NCBI GenBank assembly: GCA_951406725.2
Contig: OX597817.1
Span: forward strand, 97,464,001-97,528,000
DNA from: Octopus vulgaris
Taxonomy: Eukaryota
Reading direction: 5' to 3'
DNA length: 64,000 nt
Positions within the stretch are counted from its first letter, which is position 1, and each line of letters opens with the position of its first letter. Shown here in pieces: positions 37,046 to 49,299 of the stretch. Below the pieces are notes generated by a model. It was not told where the DNA came from. It saw only the letters and a program-made list of their open reading frames with translations, and searched no databases. The translations under genes were made by a program, and so were the position numbers.

Positions 37046-37839
37046 CACACACACACACACATAGGCACACACAGACATATACACATGATTGTCTCCTATT
37101 CATTTTCTTAGAGGACTCTGGCTGGCATTCGGTTGAACCTAGCACTTACTAGCCTCCACAGAGCAAGCAATAAAACCAGAAGCAGATTATAATTGACGTA
37201 TATTTGTATGTATGTATGTGTGATAGAGTGTATGTATGTCCATGTGTTTGTGCATGTATGTGTTTGTGTGTGTGTGTGCTTGTGAGTAAGTGTGAATGGA
37301 CAGAAATTAGTTTAACAGAAAGAAGTTCAAATTTTTCTTTTCAATGCATGACTGAGCAATGACCCTGGAATTAAAGACGTGCGCACGCACACACACACAC
37401 ACACGAACATGCATACATTGGCACTTGTAAACTTCATTCTTTCTCTGAGGCAGTGAAAAACTGGTCTTTACAAACGAACAAGTAAAAAATGTTCTAAAAT
37501 GTAAATTTTGAATTTAGCTTTAATTATAAAATTACATCTCACAACAGTTAAAAACATTTTTTTTTTTTGGCTTTTGAATTATTTGCATGTATCTTCAAAT
37601 GTTTTCCATTAAATTGCAACTTTCTTTCTTTTGTCTATATTTTCGTCATTTTGTACCATTCCAATTTATCAAACATTTGAAATTACTATGGGGCAGAATA
37701 AGTAATTCTTGATTTCTTGTTATTTTCTCCCTACCTTTTTAAATCTATTACATTGCAAGTAATGCATCATTTGCTCTGTTGCATCATCTTTAGGAGTAAA
37801 TTTTATACACGTACATGAATTTTGTACACGTACAAGAAC

Positions 37840-38125
37840 CCCTGTGGTGTCAGATCTGTGGCAAGCATACAACACCATACAACAGAGGATTCCAACATCT
37901 GACAGTGAATCATCAAATGAATTTCATTGATCCTATGACGAGCCCACACTAATACAGCTGAAAACCTGTGGATGATAGCAAAATGGAGGAACAAGAAGAA
38001 GAGTGGAACTTCACGTTCACTCCTTGACACTTATTTGGTCGAGTTTATGTGGAGACAAAAATATGCTAATGGTATTGTTTTCAACAATATTATTAGTAAA
38101 ATTCGTGAAGTTTACCCTGTATGAA
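37840..38125 (+). mobile_element. Merlin (IS1016/ISXO2-like) transposase C-terminal remnant
   Basis: SDLWQAYN...GFQHLTVNHQMNFIDP..HTNTAENLW..AK....G....LDTYLVEFMWR across frameshifts. Confidence 0.8.
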
Positions 38126-39445
38126 TGCTTAACTCATATTAACCCACTCTCCTCGTTTGAGAACAGCTGAAATCAATTTTTTCATATTCATGAAATAAAT
38201 TTTTCAGTATGTTTTTTATCTGACAGAAATCACAAAGGAATCTGAAAATTTTTTAATTACCACTTCAAGAAATGGGAGTGGGGTGAGGAAATTGAAGACA
38301 GTTTGGCTACCAGCATTTCAAAAATTAAAGTTTATCGAAAATTTTAAAATTTGGCACAATAATGTACTCATCTTGTCAAGTGAAAACAAAGCAAATAAAT
38401 TGTGGGGCAGGAATTGAAATTTAGAAAAATTTTTTTATTTGCTAAATCAATCTCCGATATTGAAAACATGAATTCAAAAAAAATTCTTTTTAAATTACTG
38501 GTTCAAAAGTAGAGTGGAATTCCAAAGAAGTACCGATTAATTTATTTTAATAGTATACAATTTTGTCAGTAAATATGTTTTCTTATACACATATACACAC
38601 ACCTTACATACACACACACAGAGTCTCACTTAGTTGGGTGGAGATGGGGATTTGAATTTCAAATTTTTGTTGTTGCTTAGACCCCTGTAATGTACCATGC
38701 ATGTGTTACTTCCGTATCATCATTCCATAAAATGTGCTTATGGGAAAAAAGTTATGGAAAAACATCAATACATGTGAGTGACAAGGAAATGAGGATGTGC
38801 AAGAAACAAGAGCCAAATCGCCCTTAAATCACACACCCTTCTGTTTGAAAATATTTACATCTTTTTTTTTTACCGAAAAGGCTTCTCTCATGGGTTTTAA
38901 GTGTGTAGTGCCAAAAAAATTTACCAATATCAACCAGGAGGATAGGGCTGAGGTGAGAAGGAAAATTATGAATTTTCAAAAAAAGTTTTCATAATCCGCC
39001 CCCACCGACACATCACCTCGAAAAATCCGTCAAAACAGAGAAAATTAGACCTAATGAGGGCGTCCTGATCCGAAACTCCACCTCAATAATTTCTTCTTAA
39101 CTGCATGATGGATAAAAATATATTGATTTTCATTTTTTTACCTACAAATTCAGGCATCAAAAGTATAAAGAGCAGAAATAATGCAGACACAAAAGGGTTT
39201 AAATATTTACTTTCAAGAATTATTGCTCGTTGTCACACCATTTCTTGAAGAAAAAATGATGATATAAGGTTGTGAGGGTGAATAATACTATTTATCTGGT
39301 GGGCCCCCTTAGTCTCCTGGCACCCAATATTTTTAGACCCAGTCCACCACTGTGTGTGTGTGTATATATATATATCCCTTTCATTATTTTAAAATTCACA
39401 TTATATATATATATATCCCGTTCATCATTTTAAAGTTCATGTTCT

Positions 39446-39485
<40 letters not shown>

Positions 39486-39512
39486 GTGTGTGCACACACA
39501 CACACACATATG

Positions 39513-40745
39513 CAGGGTGTCCCAAAAAATGTATACAAGCAATGAATAGTTATAAACTGAGTGTCTGTAGGAATACATTTCATTTTCAAAATTTAATAGA
39601 ATTTACAGACTTACTTAATTTTTTAATAAATGCCTGTTTTTACACTGATGACCATTCTGATCCAGGAACTTGCTAATAATGCAAGGCAATAGAATTGCAA
39701 GCATCAAGAAACATTTTGTTCGGTATTTGTGCACATTCTTGTTCAATGGCTGCCCTCAATTTGTCAACTGTTACCAGTTTTGTACCATAAACTTTACCTT
39801 TTAAGCATCCCCATGAAAATATAAAAAAAGTAAGGCAAGTGGTGTAAGGTCTGGTGAACACAGTAAATCTACTGAACCTCTTTATCAAATTCACCAGTTT
39901 TGCAAAACCTTATTAAGACAGGCCCTTAAGATAGGTCCTATGCTAGTGGAGAAATTGTGAGTAATTAAACACCATATTTTCAAAGTCCTCTTGAATACTT
40001 GGCATGGCTGATTGTCACAGCAAGTTCAAGTAAATGGAACCAGTTATAGTATCATCAAAAAAGAATGAGCCAATTAATCCTTTTGATGATAAGCCACACT
40101 ATACTATAACTTCTGGTAAATTAACGTGATGCTCCTCCATAATATGTGGATTCCCAGGTTCTCTGTAGGTGCAACTGTGGAAGTTAGTTGAGCCATTTCC
40201 TTTGAATGTAGCCTCTTCACTCCAAACAATCTTTGTTGAAAAGTGTGCATCTGCTACATGTACTGTCAAGTACAACTTGCAAAATTTTGGTTTGATTTAT
40301 CTTTGTTGAGAGCATGGACTATTTTTGGAATGTAACTTTTCCAATGACAGCAATTCAAACAGATGCTTGATTTTCAAATTCCTGGCTCATGAGTTGCTTC
40401 CTACACAGATTTTCTTGAAGTTTGGTGTTTCAAGTACCCTTTATTGTTTTGCGAGGTTTTTCAATGTCTGCAGTTTTCTGAATTGTTTCTTGTAGACATT
40501 CTGAATAGATCCACCTTCTTCAAACTTCTCTCTAATTCAAGTGATGATAAGTTGTGAATCTGTTTGAAACTCCCTAAATAATCAGTGTACTTTATGTTTA
40601 CAAATTTTCAGGAACACCTGAAGAAAATTTCCTTTGTCCAAAGCTTATTTTGGTCCCTTTCATTCTTTCTAAAACATTAAATTGAAAAAGAAGTGAAAAT
40701 GACTTTTCAGATGTTAAAGCATGCATAGAATTTTAGGGGACGTAC
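39513..40745 (-). mobile_element. Decayed Tc1/mariner-superfamily element (DUF4817/maT-like)
   Basis: CAGGGTGTCCCAAAAA terminus; [35 protein letters not shown] motifs; other TIR degenerate. Confidence 0.75.
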
Positions 40746-40872
40746 GCGCGCGTGCGTACGTGCGTGCATGTGAAAACTGTAAAACTGAAAGGAAACAGAC
40801 ATAGTCAATGTCATTGTGCTGTTGCTGTACTTTTATTTTTATCATTATTATTATTATGATTATCATTCTAAC

Positions 40873-41039
40873 CTGAGAACAGTTTTATTCCTTTCTCAAT
40901 CAGTAGTATATTCATCCACATTCCGCAAACTTTCTCTTGCAACTCAGCAAATGTCTTTTTTCTGGCTGATGTCGAACCAATGCCAGTTGATTCAAAAAAC
41001 ACAGTTTTGGCCATTTCTTGGTATTCTTGTGAAAGTGGT
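40873..41039 (-). CDS. UFL1: UFL1 exon (PLSQEYQEMAKTVFFES...RKKTFAELQEKVCGMWMNILLIEKGIKLFS)
   Basis: ttctAG/GTtaga; 167 nt, phase 2 to 1; matches PLNKTYLEVVRSVF...[29 protein letters not shown]. Confidence 0.95.
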
Positions 41040-41149
41040 CTAGAAAATAATAAAACAATCAATTGAGTAGTTAGGTCTTTAAGAGATGTATTAAGGATCA
41101 TAGGAGTAGCAGTAGTGACTGTTTAGCCTAAGAACAGTCCTGATAAAAT

Positions 41150-41810
41150 TATAGGTTCAATCAAATGTAATAGGGGCAGAAGAATAACAGGAAGGTTAAT
41201 GGTGAAAGTTTTTGTATGTGGAAGATGCATTGGTGCCATAAAGTCCAAAGTCACACAGAAAATTGATTTTCTGAAATACCATGGAGGCTCCCATGAGGTA
41301 TTAGATAATTTGTTACCTAGGTAACCTAATTATCAGTGGAGAAGGATGTTCTGAAGATGTAGTTGCTAGAATAAGACTAGGATGGAGAAAGTTTATGAGA
41401 GCTATAATCTTTGTTGGCAACAAAATGTCTATCTGCCTCTCCTAGAGAGAGGAATATTGTATGATGCCTGTGTATGTACAGTAGCAAGACACAGGCCCTG
41501 ACTGCAGAGGACATGCAGAGACGAGAGGAATGAAATGAGTATGTTTTATTGGATGTGCAATATTAGCATGCATATACAACAAAGCACAGATGTATTGAGA
41601 GAAAAGTTAGAAATAAGAGAAATCAGATGCAGCAGATCTGTGTTGGTTTGGTTGTGTGATGCATATGGATAAGTACAGTTGCATGGAAGAGGGAGACCCA
41701 GGAAGACATGGAATGAAGTACTGAAGGCTGATTTCACATCTCACAATCCTGAGCCTTATGGAGATGACAAAGGACCAAGATGATTGGTGTTTTGCTGTGC
41801 TCAAGAAGAC
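41150..41810 (+). mobile_element. Old RTE LINE fragment (RT thumb/C-terminus)
   Basis: VCGRCIGAIK, GCSEDVVARIRLGWRKF, GRPRKTW; diverged inverse copy of 34250-34800. Confidence 0.75.
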
Positions 41811-42877
41811 CCAACTATAACAGCATATATGGTACCCTAAAACCGCTTGGCTATGTTTGTAAACAGAAGGCCTTGTACCCTTCTTCTTTTCCCTCTCTAA
41901 GATATGTTAAAAATTCCCCATCTATGGTACTACTTGGCTTCTGTATTTACCTGGGAGTAGAATCAACACATATTATATCCTGTCCTGTTCCTAACAGTTT
42001 GCCCACACTATTTCAACAAATCACCTTCTTTCTGTGCCTTCATCCACTGCTATACTCCATTTTAAACGCTTCTCTTATCTGCTATCATTCTCAATGCTTT
42101 CTTATATCTACCATGAAACCCCACTTATTATAGTCCCTTATGTATCCCTATATCTTAGAGGCCCTGGAAGAATTTCAAATATGCTACCTTTTAAAAGGTA
42201 TATCAGCCATGACCATCCTATCTCTCTTCCACGAACAATGCATCAAGAGATACATTATTTAACATGTTCTCTTCTAAGACTATACAGTATGATTTCTAGC
42301 ATTCTGAGTGCATATTGGTATTGTGTGTGTGTGTGCGCATGCACGTGCGTGTGAACATTCTACTCTACCTCCCCAACAATAGTCTTATAAAAAGATACCA
42401 AAATGTTGAATTTTAGTGTTAAAATAAGGTTCCATGAGGATACAGGTGACCAGGCTCCTGTAAATTACTGGTACTTGAGTTATTGATGTTCAGCCTAAGA
42501 TTGGCTCTTATACAGCTGTGACTGTCACATCCCAGCTGTGACTATTCTATCTAAGCAGTCCCCTTTGTATGATTTGAGAGAGATTTTATTGCTATGTCTA
42601 CCAAATCCAGTGAACATGGAAAGGTTCTCACAGAAGCCATTTGGTATTTAGGTTATGAACAAAAGAAAGAAAGAAATGTGTAGTTAACATTTGTGTGATT
42701 TGAACTCAGAATATACAGAAATGTAAATGTCAGGCACTTTGTCTAGAGCCTTACTGATTTCACAATTCACTGCCTTTAACATGTCAAAATATTGCGACAT
42801 AACTGAAAACACTACAATTCCAGATAAAAACAAATGATGATGTGGAGGAGGAAGAGGTAGAGAGTGAGAAGACATAC

Positions 42878-43139
42878 CTGTATAACTGTGTAGCAATCTC
42901 CGTAACGAGTTCTTCTGGGGAATCAAGCAATTTCTTTTCTTTCTTCAGGATTTCTTCAATTTCATCAATTTCCATGAAACTTAATGTTTTGTGTTGTCCA
43001 GACACCTCTTCATCAGAATCTTCATTACCACCTTTACTGCTGCCACTAGTACAATATTTCTTTTTTGTTACTTTAGTTTTTACCTCCCGAGCCTGAGAAC
43101 TACTAGCACCACCACCACCACCACCACCTTTGCTGCCAC
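42878..43139 (-). CDS. UFL1: UFL1 exon (GGSKG7ASSSQAREVKTKVTKKK...LSFMEIDEIEEILKKEKKLLDSPEELVTEIATQLYR)
   Basis: catAG/GTatgt; 262 nt, phase 1 to 2; Gly-rich AREvK.K motif and SFM..DEIE...D.PEE...E.A..L motif of UFL1. Confidence 0.93.
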
Positions 43140-43269
43140 CTATGCAGTGTTAAAAAAATATTAAGTTTTGATATTTAAAGGCCTAACTGAAAATATGTCA
43201 GCCTAGGTTTTTAACTTAAGGCACAGCTAACTGGATCTTTAATTCAAGATATATGTACACACACACACA

Positions 43270-43870
43270 CAAGGTGTTCAGACAAAGTTTGACAGTTTGT
43301 ATAAAAGGAAAAGAAAATTCAATATCCCATCCAAAAATAAAAGTATTTTAAGAAATCAAAAAATATCAACTAGATTATGACTGGGAAATAACAGTTTACA
43401 CAAAGTAGCCTTCCTCAGCTTCCACCATAGCCTCAAGATAACTCTGGAACCTAGTGTAGGCATTTCTCACTGTGTCTGGCCACTGGCTTGACCTTGGTGT
43501 TGCAGGTAGAGTGGTTGGTATCTTTCTCAACTGCACCCACACACAAAGTAATTCATGGGATTACAATAAGCGGAATTAGGAGGTCAGAAATTTGGGCTGG
43601 CAAAGTTGTAGAAATTCTCTGACAACTACTTCTGACTCTTTCTGGCAGTATGGCTAAGAGCTGAAACCTGTCACACATATGGTCTTCAAACAGCAACCCT
43701 CTCCAACCAGTGTTTGACCAGTCTCCAGCAGCTTCACATAGCCTTCTGAATTGAGCCTAAGACTCTGTTCAAAGATATGAAGCAGCACAATGTCACTCCC
43801 ACTAGAGAAACACCCAAAGACCACCACAGATTGGAGGAATTTGGTTTTCATTATGCATGAGACATCAAAT
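43270..43870 (-). mobile_element. maT/mariner-like transposase 3' remnant
   Basis: MKTKF..SVVVFGCFSS, LRLNSEGYVKLLE, PPNS..CNP..YFV motifs. Confidence 0.65.
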
Positions 43871-43929
43871 GGATTTTAGGCAAGCTACATTGTGGTTTTG
43901 TCTTAGAAAAGTAATCATTTACTTCAAGC

Positions 43930-45350
43930 ATAGTTTTGTGGCCCCAGGAAAGGAACCACTGGTTATTGTTGCAACCTGATATAAGGAACCTTTTACTATA
44001 GTCATTGTAGCCATGGGTAACAAATCTTTTACTAACATCGTTGAGATGTGATCACAGGTAACAAATATTTTACTATAAGTCATAGTATTTTAGTACTGGC
44101 TAAGGAATCACAGTGTTGTGGCTCTGCATAAGGAACATTTTACTACTATTGTCATGGTTTTGTGAAAGAAACATTCTTATATTGTGGTTCTAGTAAGACA
44201 CCTTTAACTACATTCATTGTATTGTGGGTCTGAGAAAGGAAGCTTTAAATTCTGTGACCCAGAGTGAAAGAATATCTTATAAATAGTCATTGTATTGTTG
44301 TCCATTGCAACTAACCTTTTACTACATTCATTATGATCTGGTCATGGGTAAAGAATATTTTACAACAGTCATGGGTTGTGACCCCAGGAAAGGAATCTTT
44401 TAATCCTTTTCTTGCCATATTTTCATCGATAAACACTGTTTTAGTTTCAATTAATTTTGAAAATAATGAAGGTAAAGTAACTTTGTTGTTATGAAGCTGA
44501 AGTTTGGAAAATAAATCAATATGAAATTTTAAGGCAATGTTTTGAATTTAAATTACCTTAAAACAGAAAGATTTTACTACGGAAAGTAGGGTGCTCTCAG
44601 ACAGTTTGATATCAAAAAGGTTCATCAAGTCATTGTATTGCAGCCCTGAGTAATGAACCTGTTACAATAGTTATTGTGTTGTGGCCCCAGGCAAGGATAT
44701 GTACTAGCCATTGTGTAGTGAGCCTGAGAAAGGAACTACTTACTAGAAGCATTGAGTTACGTAGCTGCATAAGGAACCTTTCAGTACATTCATAGTGTTG
44801 TGACTATGGGTAGGTAACATTTATTAGTCACTGTTTCGTATCTTTACAGTGATTGTGTTGTGGTAAAGAACCTGTTACTACAGTCATGGTGTTGGACTCC
44901 TGGGTATGAAACTTACTGCAGTCATCAGGTTGCAGTCTTGAGTAAAAGAAACTTTAAATTTTGTCAATATTTTGTGTCCTTCAGTCTTACAGTGATTGTG
45001 TTAGATTCCTAGGTATGGAAATTCATAAAACCGTCATTTACTACAAACATTGAATTGGGCCACAAGGTTAAAGCACATTTTATTAAAGCCAATATGTTGA
45101 GGCCATGAGTAAAGGTACTTTGAATTAGTCGCAGTGTTGTGAACCTGAGTAAGGAAACTTTTACAACAGTTGTGTCTCTGGGTAAGAAACCACTTACAAC
45201 AGTCAGTATTGACACCTTGAGTAAGGACCTTTTACTATAGTGATGTGATATGGAACATTTCACCAAACTGATAGTGTTGTGGCTATGGAGAAAGAACTTT
45301 TTACCAGTCATGTTATTGTGAGCTTAGATAAGGAATCTTTTACTAATGTC
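43930..45350. repeat. Degenerate ~41-bp tandem array (approx. AGTCATTGTGTTGTGACCCTGAGTAAGGAACCTTTTACTAC), interrupted at ~44400-44625 by a TTAA-type MITE
   Basis: Recurrent GTGTTGTG...AAGGAAC.TTTTACTA motifs at ~40-bp spacing. Confidence 0.8.
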
Positions 45351-45503
45351 TGACTGAGAAAAAAAAACCAAAGTACTGCACATTTATGGGATTAATAATA
45401 GAAAGGGAATCAATCAACATCCAATAAATACACAATCAATTAATTGGGGAAAATATACGTAAAACATTGAAAACAGAGCATTTTTCAATATAATGAAACA
45501 CAC

Positions 45504-45609
45504 CTTTTTTCTTTCTACTATCTCTTTTGTCTTCTTTAACTTCATTATTTTTCATACTGCTTCCAAGTTTCTTAGCAACCTTAAACACGGCAGTGTTAGA
45601 TTTGGAATC
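45504..45609 (-). CDS. UFL1: UFL1 exon (DSKSNTAVFKVAKKLGSSMKNNEVKEDKRDSRKKK)
   Basis: tatcAG/GTgtgt; 106 nt, phase 0 to 1, joins both neighbours in frame; basic KEDKRDSRKKK resembles KKDKKDERRRK. Confidence 0.85.
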
Positions 45610-45917
45610 CTGATAACATAAAATGCAATAAAATCATGATTCATTTTACATTTTTATTTATAATCTGTTTTTATTCACTTCTGAATGTCCAGACAATTTC
45701 ATATTTCAAACTATATGTGTTTTGCTTCATTTGTATATTTGGATTCCTGAACACTGCAGATTAAACAGATTTTCAAATTTTAGAAAATATTTTTCTATTA
45801 TGAAATGTTTCATTGGGTGGAAGTTGACATATGCCTTCTACTATTGAGAAATTGAGAAATTTTGAAATAATTTTATTTAAGAAATGAAGTAAAAATTTAT
45901 AATAGCTTTTAAAAAAA

Positions 45918-46090
45918 GTGGACAGATTCACTAACAGGAATTAAACAAGATATCTAAATACTTCAAACAAACCAAAACAATTCATTTTTCCCTTACACAT
46001 AAAAGTTTTTAATCTGAGTGCTAAAATTTGTTTTTCCTTGGTTTATCAACACATGCATGTGGTTCAATTCCATTAGGTGAATCTGTCCAC
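45918..46090. repeat. Short inverted repeat/MITE with ~29-bp arms
   Basis: GTGGACAGATTCACTAACAGGAATTAAAC vs rev. comp. GTGGACAGATTCACCTAATGGAATTGAAC. Confidence 0.8.
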
Positions 46091-46249
46091 ATTCTTCCCC
46101 TCTAAGGCATACTTTATCTGACATTTTACGAGTTATATATTTATCGGTTATTTATACTTATAAGTAGAACGAATCAGTCAACTAAACCCTTTCATCTATG
46201 GTCGTACTGAGACAAGGCTATGGTCTAATGAAAAAAAAATATCTTCTAC

Positions 46250-46420
46250 CTTGATGGCTTTATTCCTCATAAGTTCTGAGAAAGGAATTTTACATTCTGA
46301 TACCAGTTTGTTGCTGACAGCAATGGAATCACAGCAGATGAAGGCATTGGAAGATTTTGAAAGAATTATTGACAGTAACTGTTTGATATCATCTACATTG
46401 AATACTGATGGTACTAGCAT
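46250..46420 (-). CDS. UFL1: UFL1 exon (MLVPSVFNVDDIKQLL...CKIPFSELMRNKAIK)
   Basis: tttcAG/GTagaa; 171 nt, phase 0 to 0; resembles LLPTSLSVEDAAILL...CTELFRELMHQKAEK. Confidence 0.92.
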
Positions 46421-47387
46421 CTGAAATAGCAGAAAATGGAGAAATTAAATATATAAAGGATAGGAGATAAGACAAGACAAGCAATGTTTTGTTTTAGATT
46501 GATCAATCAATTGGTGAGCAGACGACTGGACAGACAGATGGATCTCGATTGGTTTCTGTTATGAGGATTCAGTGGTTTGATCAACTGAATTACTTGTTCA
46601 CTGAATTAGCATTTAAGTGGCTGAGTATTTCACAGACACATGTACCCTTAATGTAATTCTCAAGTAGAACCAGCATAACTTTGAATTATAGGCATGCTCC
46701 ATCAGAAGGATTTCTATAAAGTTTCCATCTACTTAGTTTCACTCATAAGATATAGATCAAACCAAGGCAATAAAAAATGGCATTTCCCAAGATGTCCTGC
46801 ATTGGACATCTTGAAACCCAGGATTTTATGATATGAAGCAAACTTCTTAACCATTCAGACATATTTGTGCGTGCGTGTGGTGAGGATTCATATAAGTACC
46901 TTAATGTTCTACATTAGAAATAATTTTAGTTTCAACATTCAATGTGGTCCGAAAGCTTAAAGAAGCATGTTGCTTTGCTTAGCTTAACAGCTAAGGAGAA
47001 ACAATTGAAAATTACTGTTGGAAAGGATTTAAATGAGGGAGGATCACAAGGATTGGAGAGAAAACATGATAAGCAATGCCATAAAATCATCATCATCATC
47101 ATCTATTTATACAAAGAAATGAAAGAATATTTTGTTTTAGAATTAATTCTAGTTTCACTAAAATAGCAATCTATGTATTATACTTAATGTATGAATACTG
47201 TAAATAGACCAGCTACTGCAGCATTTGTCCTTAGATCACATCTTTTATGGACTTGCTGTGTTAAAAGCACAATATCAGGAGACACAAAAATCCATCCTGT
47301 GCTCTTTTTGTTGATTTTACTAAATATAGCAAGTCTTATCAATGCAGACAAACACCGGTCTCTTTGGAGTCTGTTTGATCATATATA

Positions 47388-48585
47388 TTGGGTCATCCCA
47401 TAAATAATGTGGTTCTTTATACTTCCTTTATTTTTCAAAATTAAGATAAACAAAGTTCTTTTTTAATCTAAAATATACTCTCCTTCATTTTCTACAATGC
47501 TCTTCCATCTATCTGGTAGGCTTGCAATGCCCTTCTTCCAAAATTCACTTGTCTGTGATGGAAAATATCCTCCAGTACTGTTCTGACCTCTTCTACAGAA
47601 TTCATATTTTTTCTGTCCAAATGATTTTGACGATTGCAGAATAAATGATAATCAAATGGACAATGTTTGATAAATATGGTGGGTGGGGCACTGTTTCCCA
47701 TTCTAACTGCTCCAGCTTTTGGAATGTCATCCTCGTTGTATGTGGCCAAGCATTATCCTGATGAAAGAACACCTTCCATCTTGAAATCAAAGACAGTCGT
47801 TTTCCTTCTAGTGCTGCCCGCAGCAGATCTCCTTTGTTATTGTTGGGTTTGGGTTTAAAAGTTCAAAGTGAACTAAAACTTTCATATTCCACCAAACAGA
47901 TAACAACACCTTACATGGGTGAAGGCCTTCTTTAGTCTGAGGTGCCGAATTTTCTCCTTTCCCTACCAGCTGACTTCAGTGCTTGACATTCTTAAAGAGA
48001 ACCCAGTTCTTGTCACCAGTCACTATTTGGTCCAAAATAGGCTCATTCATGAGACATGAGAACAAAGAATCGCACACATTCACACTCTGTGCATGATTAG
48101 ACTCGGAACGTTTGTGAGGAACCCACTGATCCAATTTGCTGACTTTTCTGATGGTACACAGGTGTCAATGACTGGTTGAATGATCAAATTCAAGCTTCTC
48201 TGCTAATTCCTCAACAGTTACAATGGGATTTTGTTCCACCAGTGTTTTGCATGGCATCCTTGTCGAGCTCTACAGATCTTCCAGAACAAGGCTCGTCTTC
48301 TAAGCTGTAGTTTTCAGCATGGAATTTCTTGAACCACTGTTGACACTAGCTTATGCTTATTGTCCAATCCCCATATACTGCATTAATATTCCTCACACTT
48401 TCTGTTGCTTTATTTGAAAAAATAACTGTTAAAATTGAACTGCGCTCTTTGAAACTTGTACTAAGAATAGGGACAAGGTAAAACTATCTTTTATAAGCAA
48501 GTTGATGCAGGTAGTTTATCCCATCCCCCTCCTACTTTTAGTTTATGCAATTGAAAAAAACTGCATTATTTATGGGATGACCCAA
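47388..48585 (-). mobile_element. mariner (DD34D-type) element, full extent, decayed
   Basis: TIRs TTGGGTCATCCCATAAATAATG at both ends, TA TSDs; WVPH, VTGDKNW, FHQDNAWPH, HPPY..DYHLF. Confidence 0.92.
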
Positions 48586-48969
48586 TACATATATATAATT
48601 CATTTATAACAATGGAACTTGAAGCACATACAGCTATAAATAATAACTTGTAGACATTGGGTTAAAAAACTTTTTGGAAAGGAAAAGTTGAAAGTTGCTT
48701 ATGGGACACAAATACACATCATGTTTTTAATTTTTTTTTCTTTGAAAGGGTTTTGTAATCCAGTGTTATTTACAGCTTTATCTTCTTTGAGCTCTACTGT
48801 TAAAAAATTATTCTGTGTCTCTTAAAGTTTTTAGATTCTTATGATATTAGCAATTATATATTTATATATGTAAATGTATACACACATATGGTTACACATC
48901 ATTGCTACTTGTAACAAAAAGCCATATAAATAATTAAATCCATAATGTAGATTAGAAAATAATAATTAC

Positions 48970-49145
48970 CGATATATCTATCCATGATCCATCATTTAAA
49001 GCTTCTTCAACACTGGCTTCAACCTGTTCCTTAAGTGAGACACTCACACAACAAGTGGATAAATATATCAGCTGTTCATCTTTAAACATTTTCTTCACAA
49101 AGTCTTTCGCATTGGTGATGCCAAGTCGAGCCAAATTGTCATATT
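48970..49145 (-). CDS. UFL1: UFL1 exon (EYDNLARLGITNAKDFVKK...QVEASVEEALNDGSWIDIS)
   Basis: tgtAG/GTaatt; 176 nt, phase 1 to 0; contains the conserved QVEASVEEA..GxW.DI motif. Confidence 0.95.
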
Positions 49146-49299
49146 CTACAGCAGAACCAAATCGAAAATATTTCTCAATTCAAAACTAAATTTTAAGCAG
49201 AAAATATGTTTACTCCCTCTAGCATGCCTAACTATCAACACCACCATAACAACACTTTTATAAGTCAAAAATATAAGTGATTTCTGTTTGGTCATTTGA

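Larger units (their letters stand above)
36290..39352. mobile_element. Putative non-autonomous hAT-like element hosting nested insertions
   Basis: Imperfect TIRs CAGTTGCTGACTGG / CAGTGGTGGACTGG (rev. comp.) with subterminal GGGCCC motifs at both ends. Confidence 0.45.

Noticed and set aside
43930-45350. CRISPR-like array (also the arrays at 33650-34040 and 59260-59500)
   Set aside because: Units are contiguous degenerate tandem repeats without unique spacers; eukaryotic intron; no cas genes
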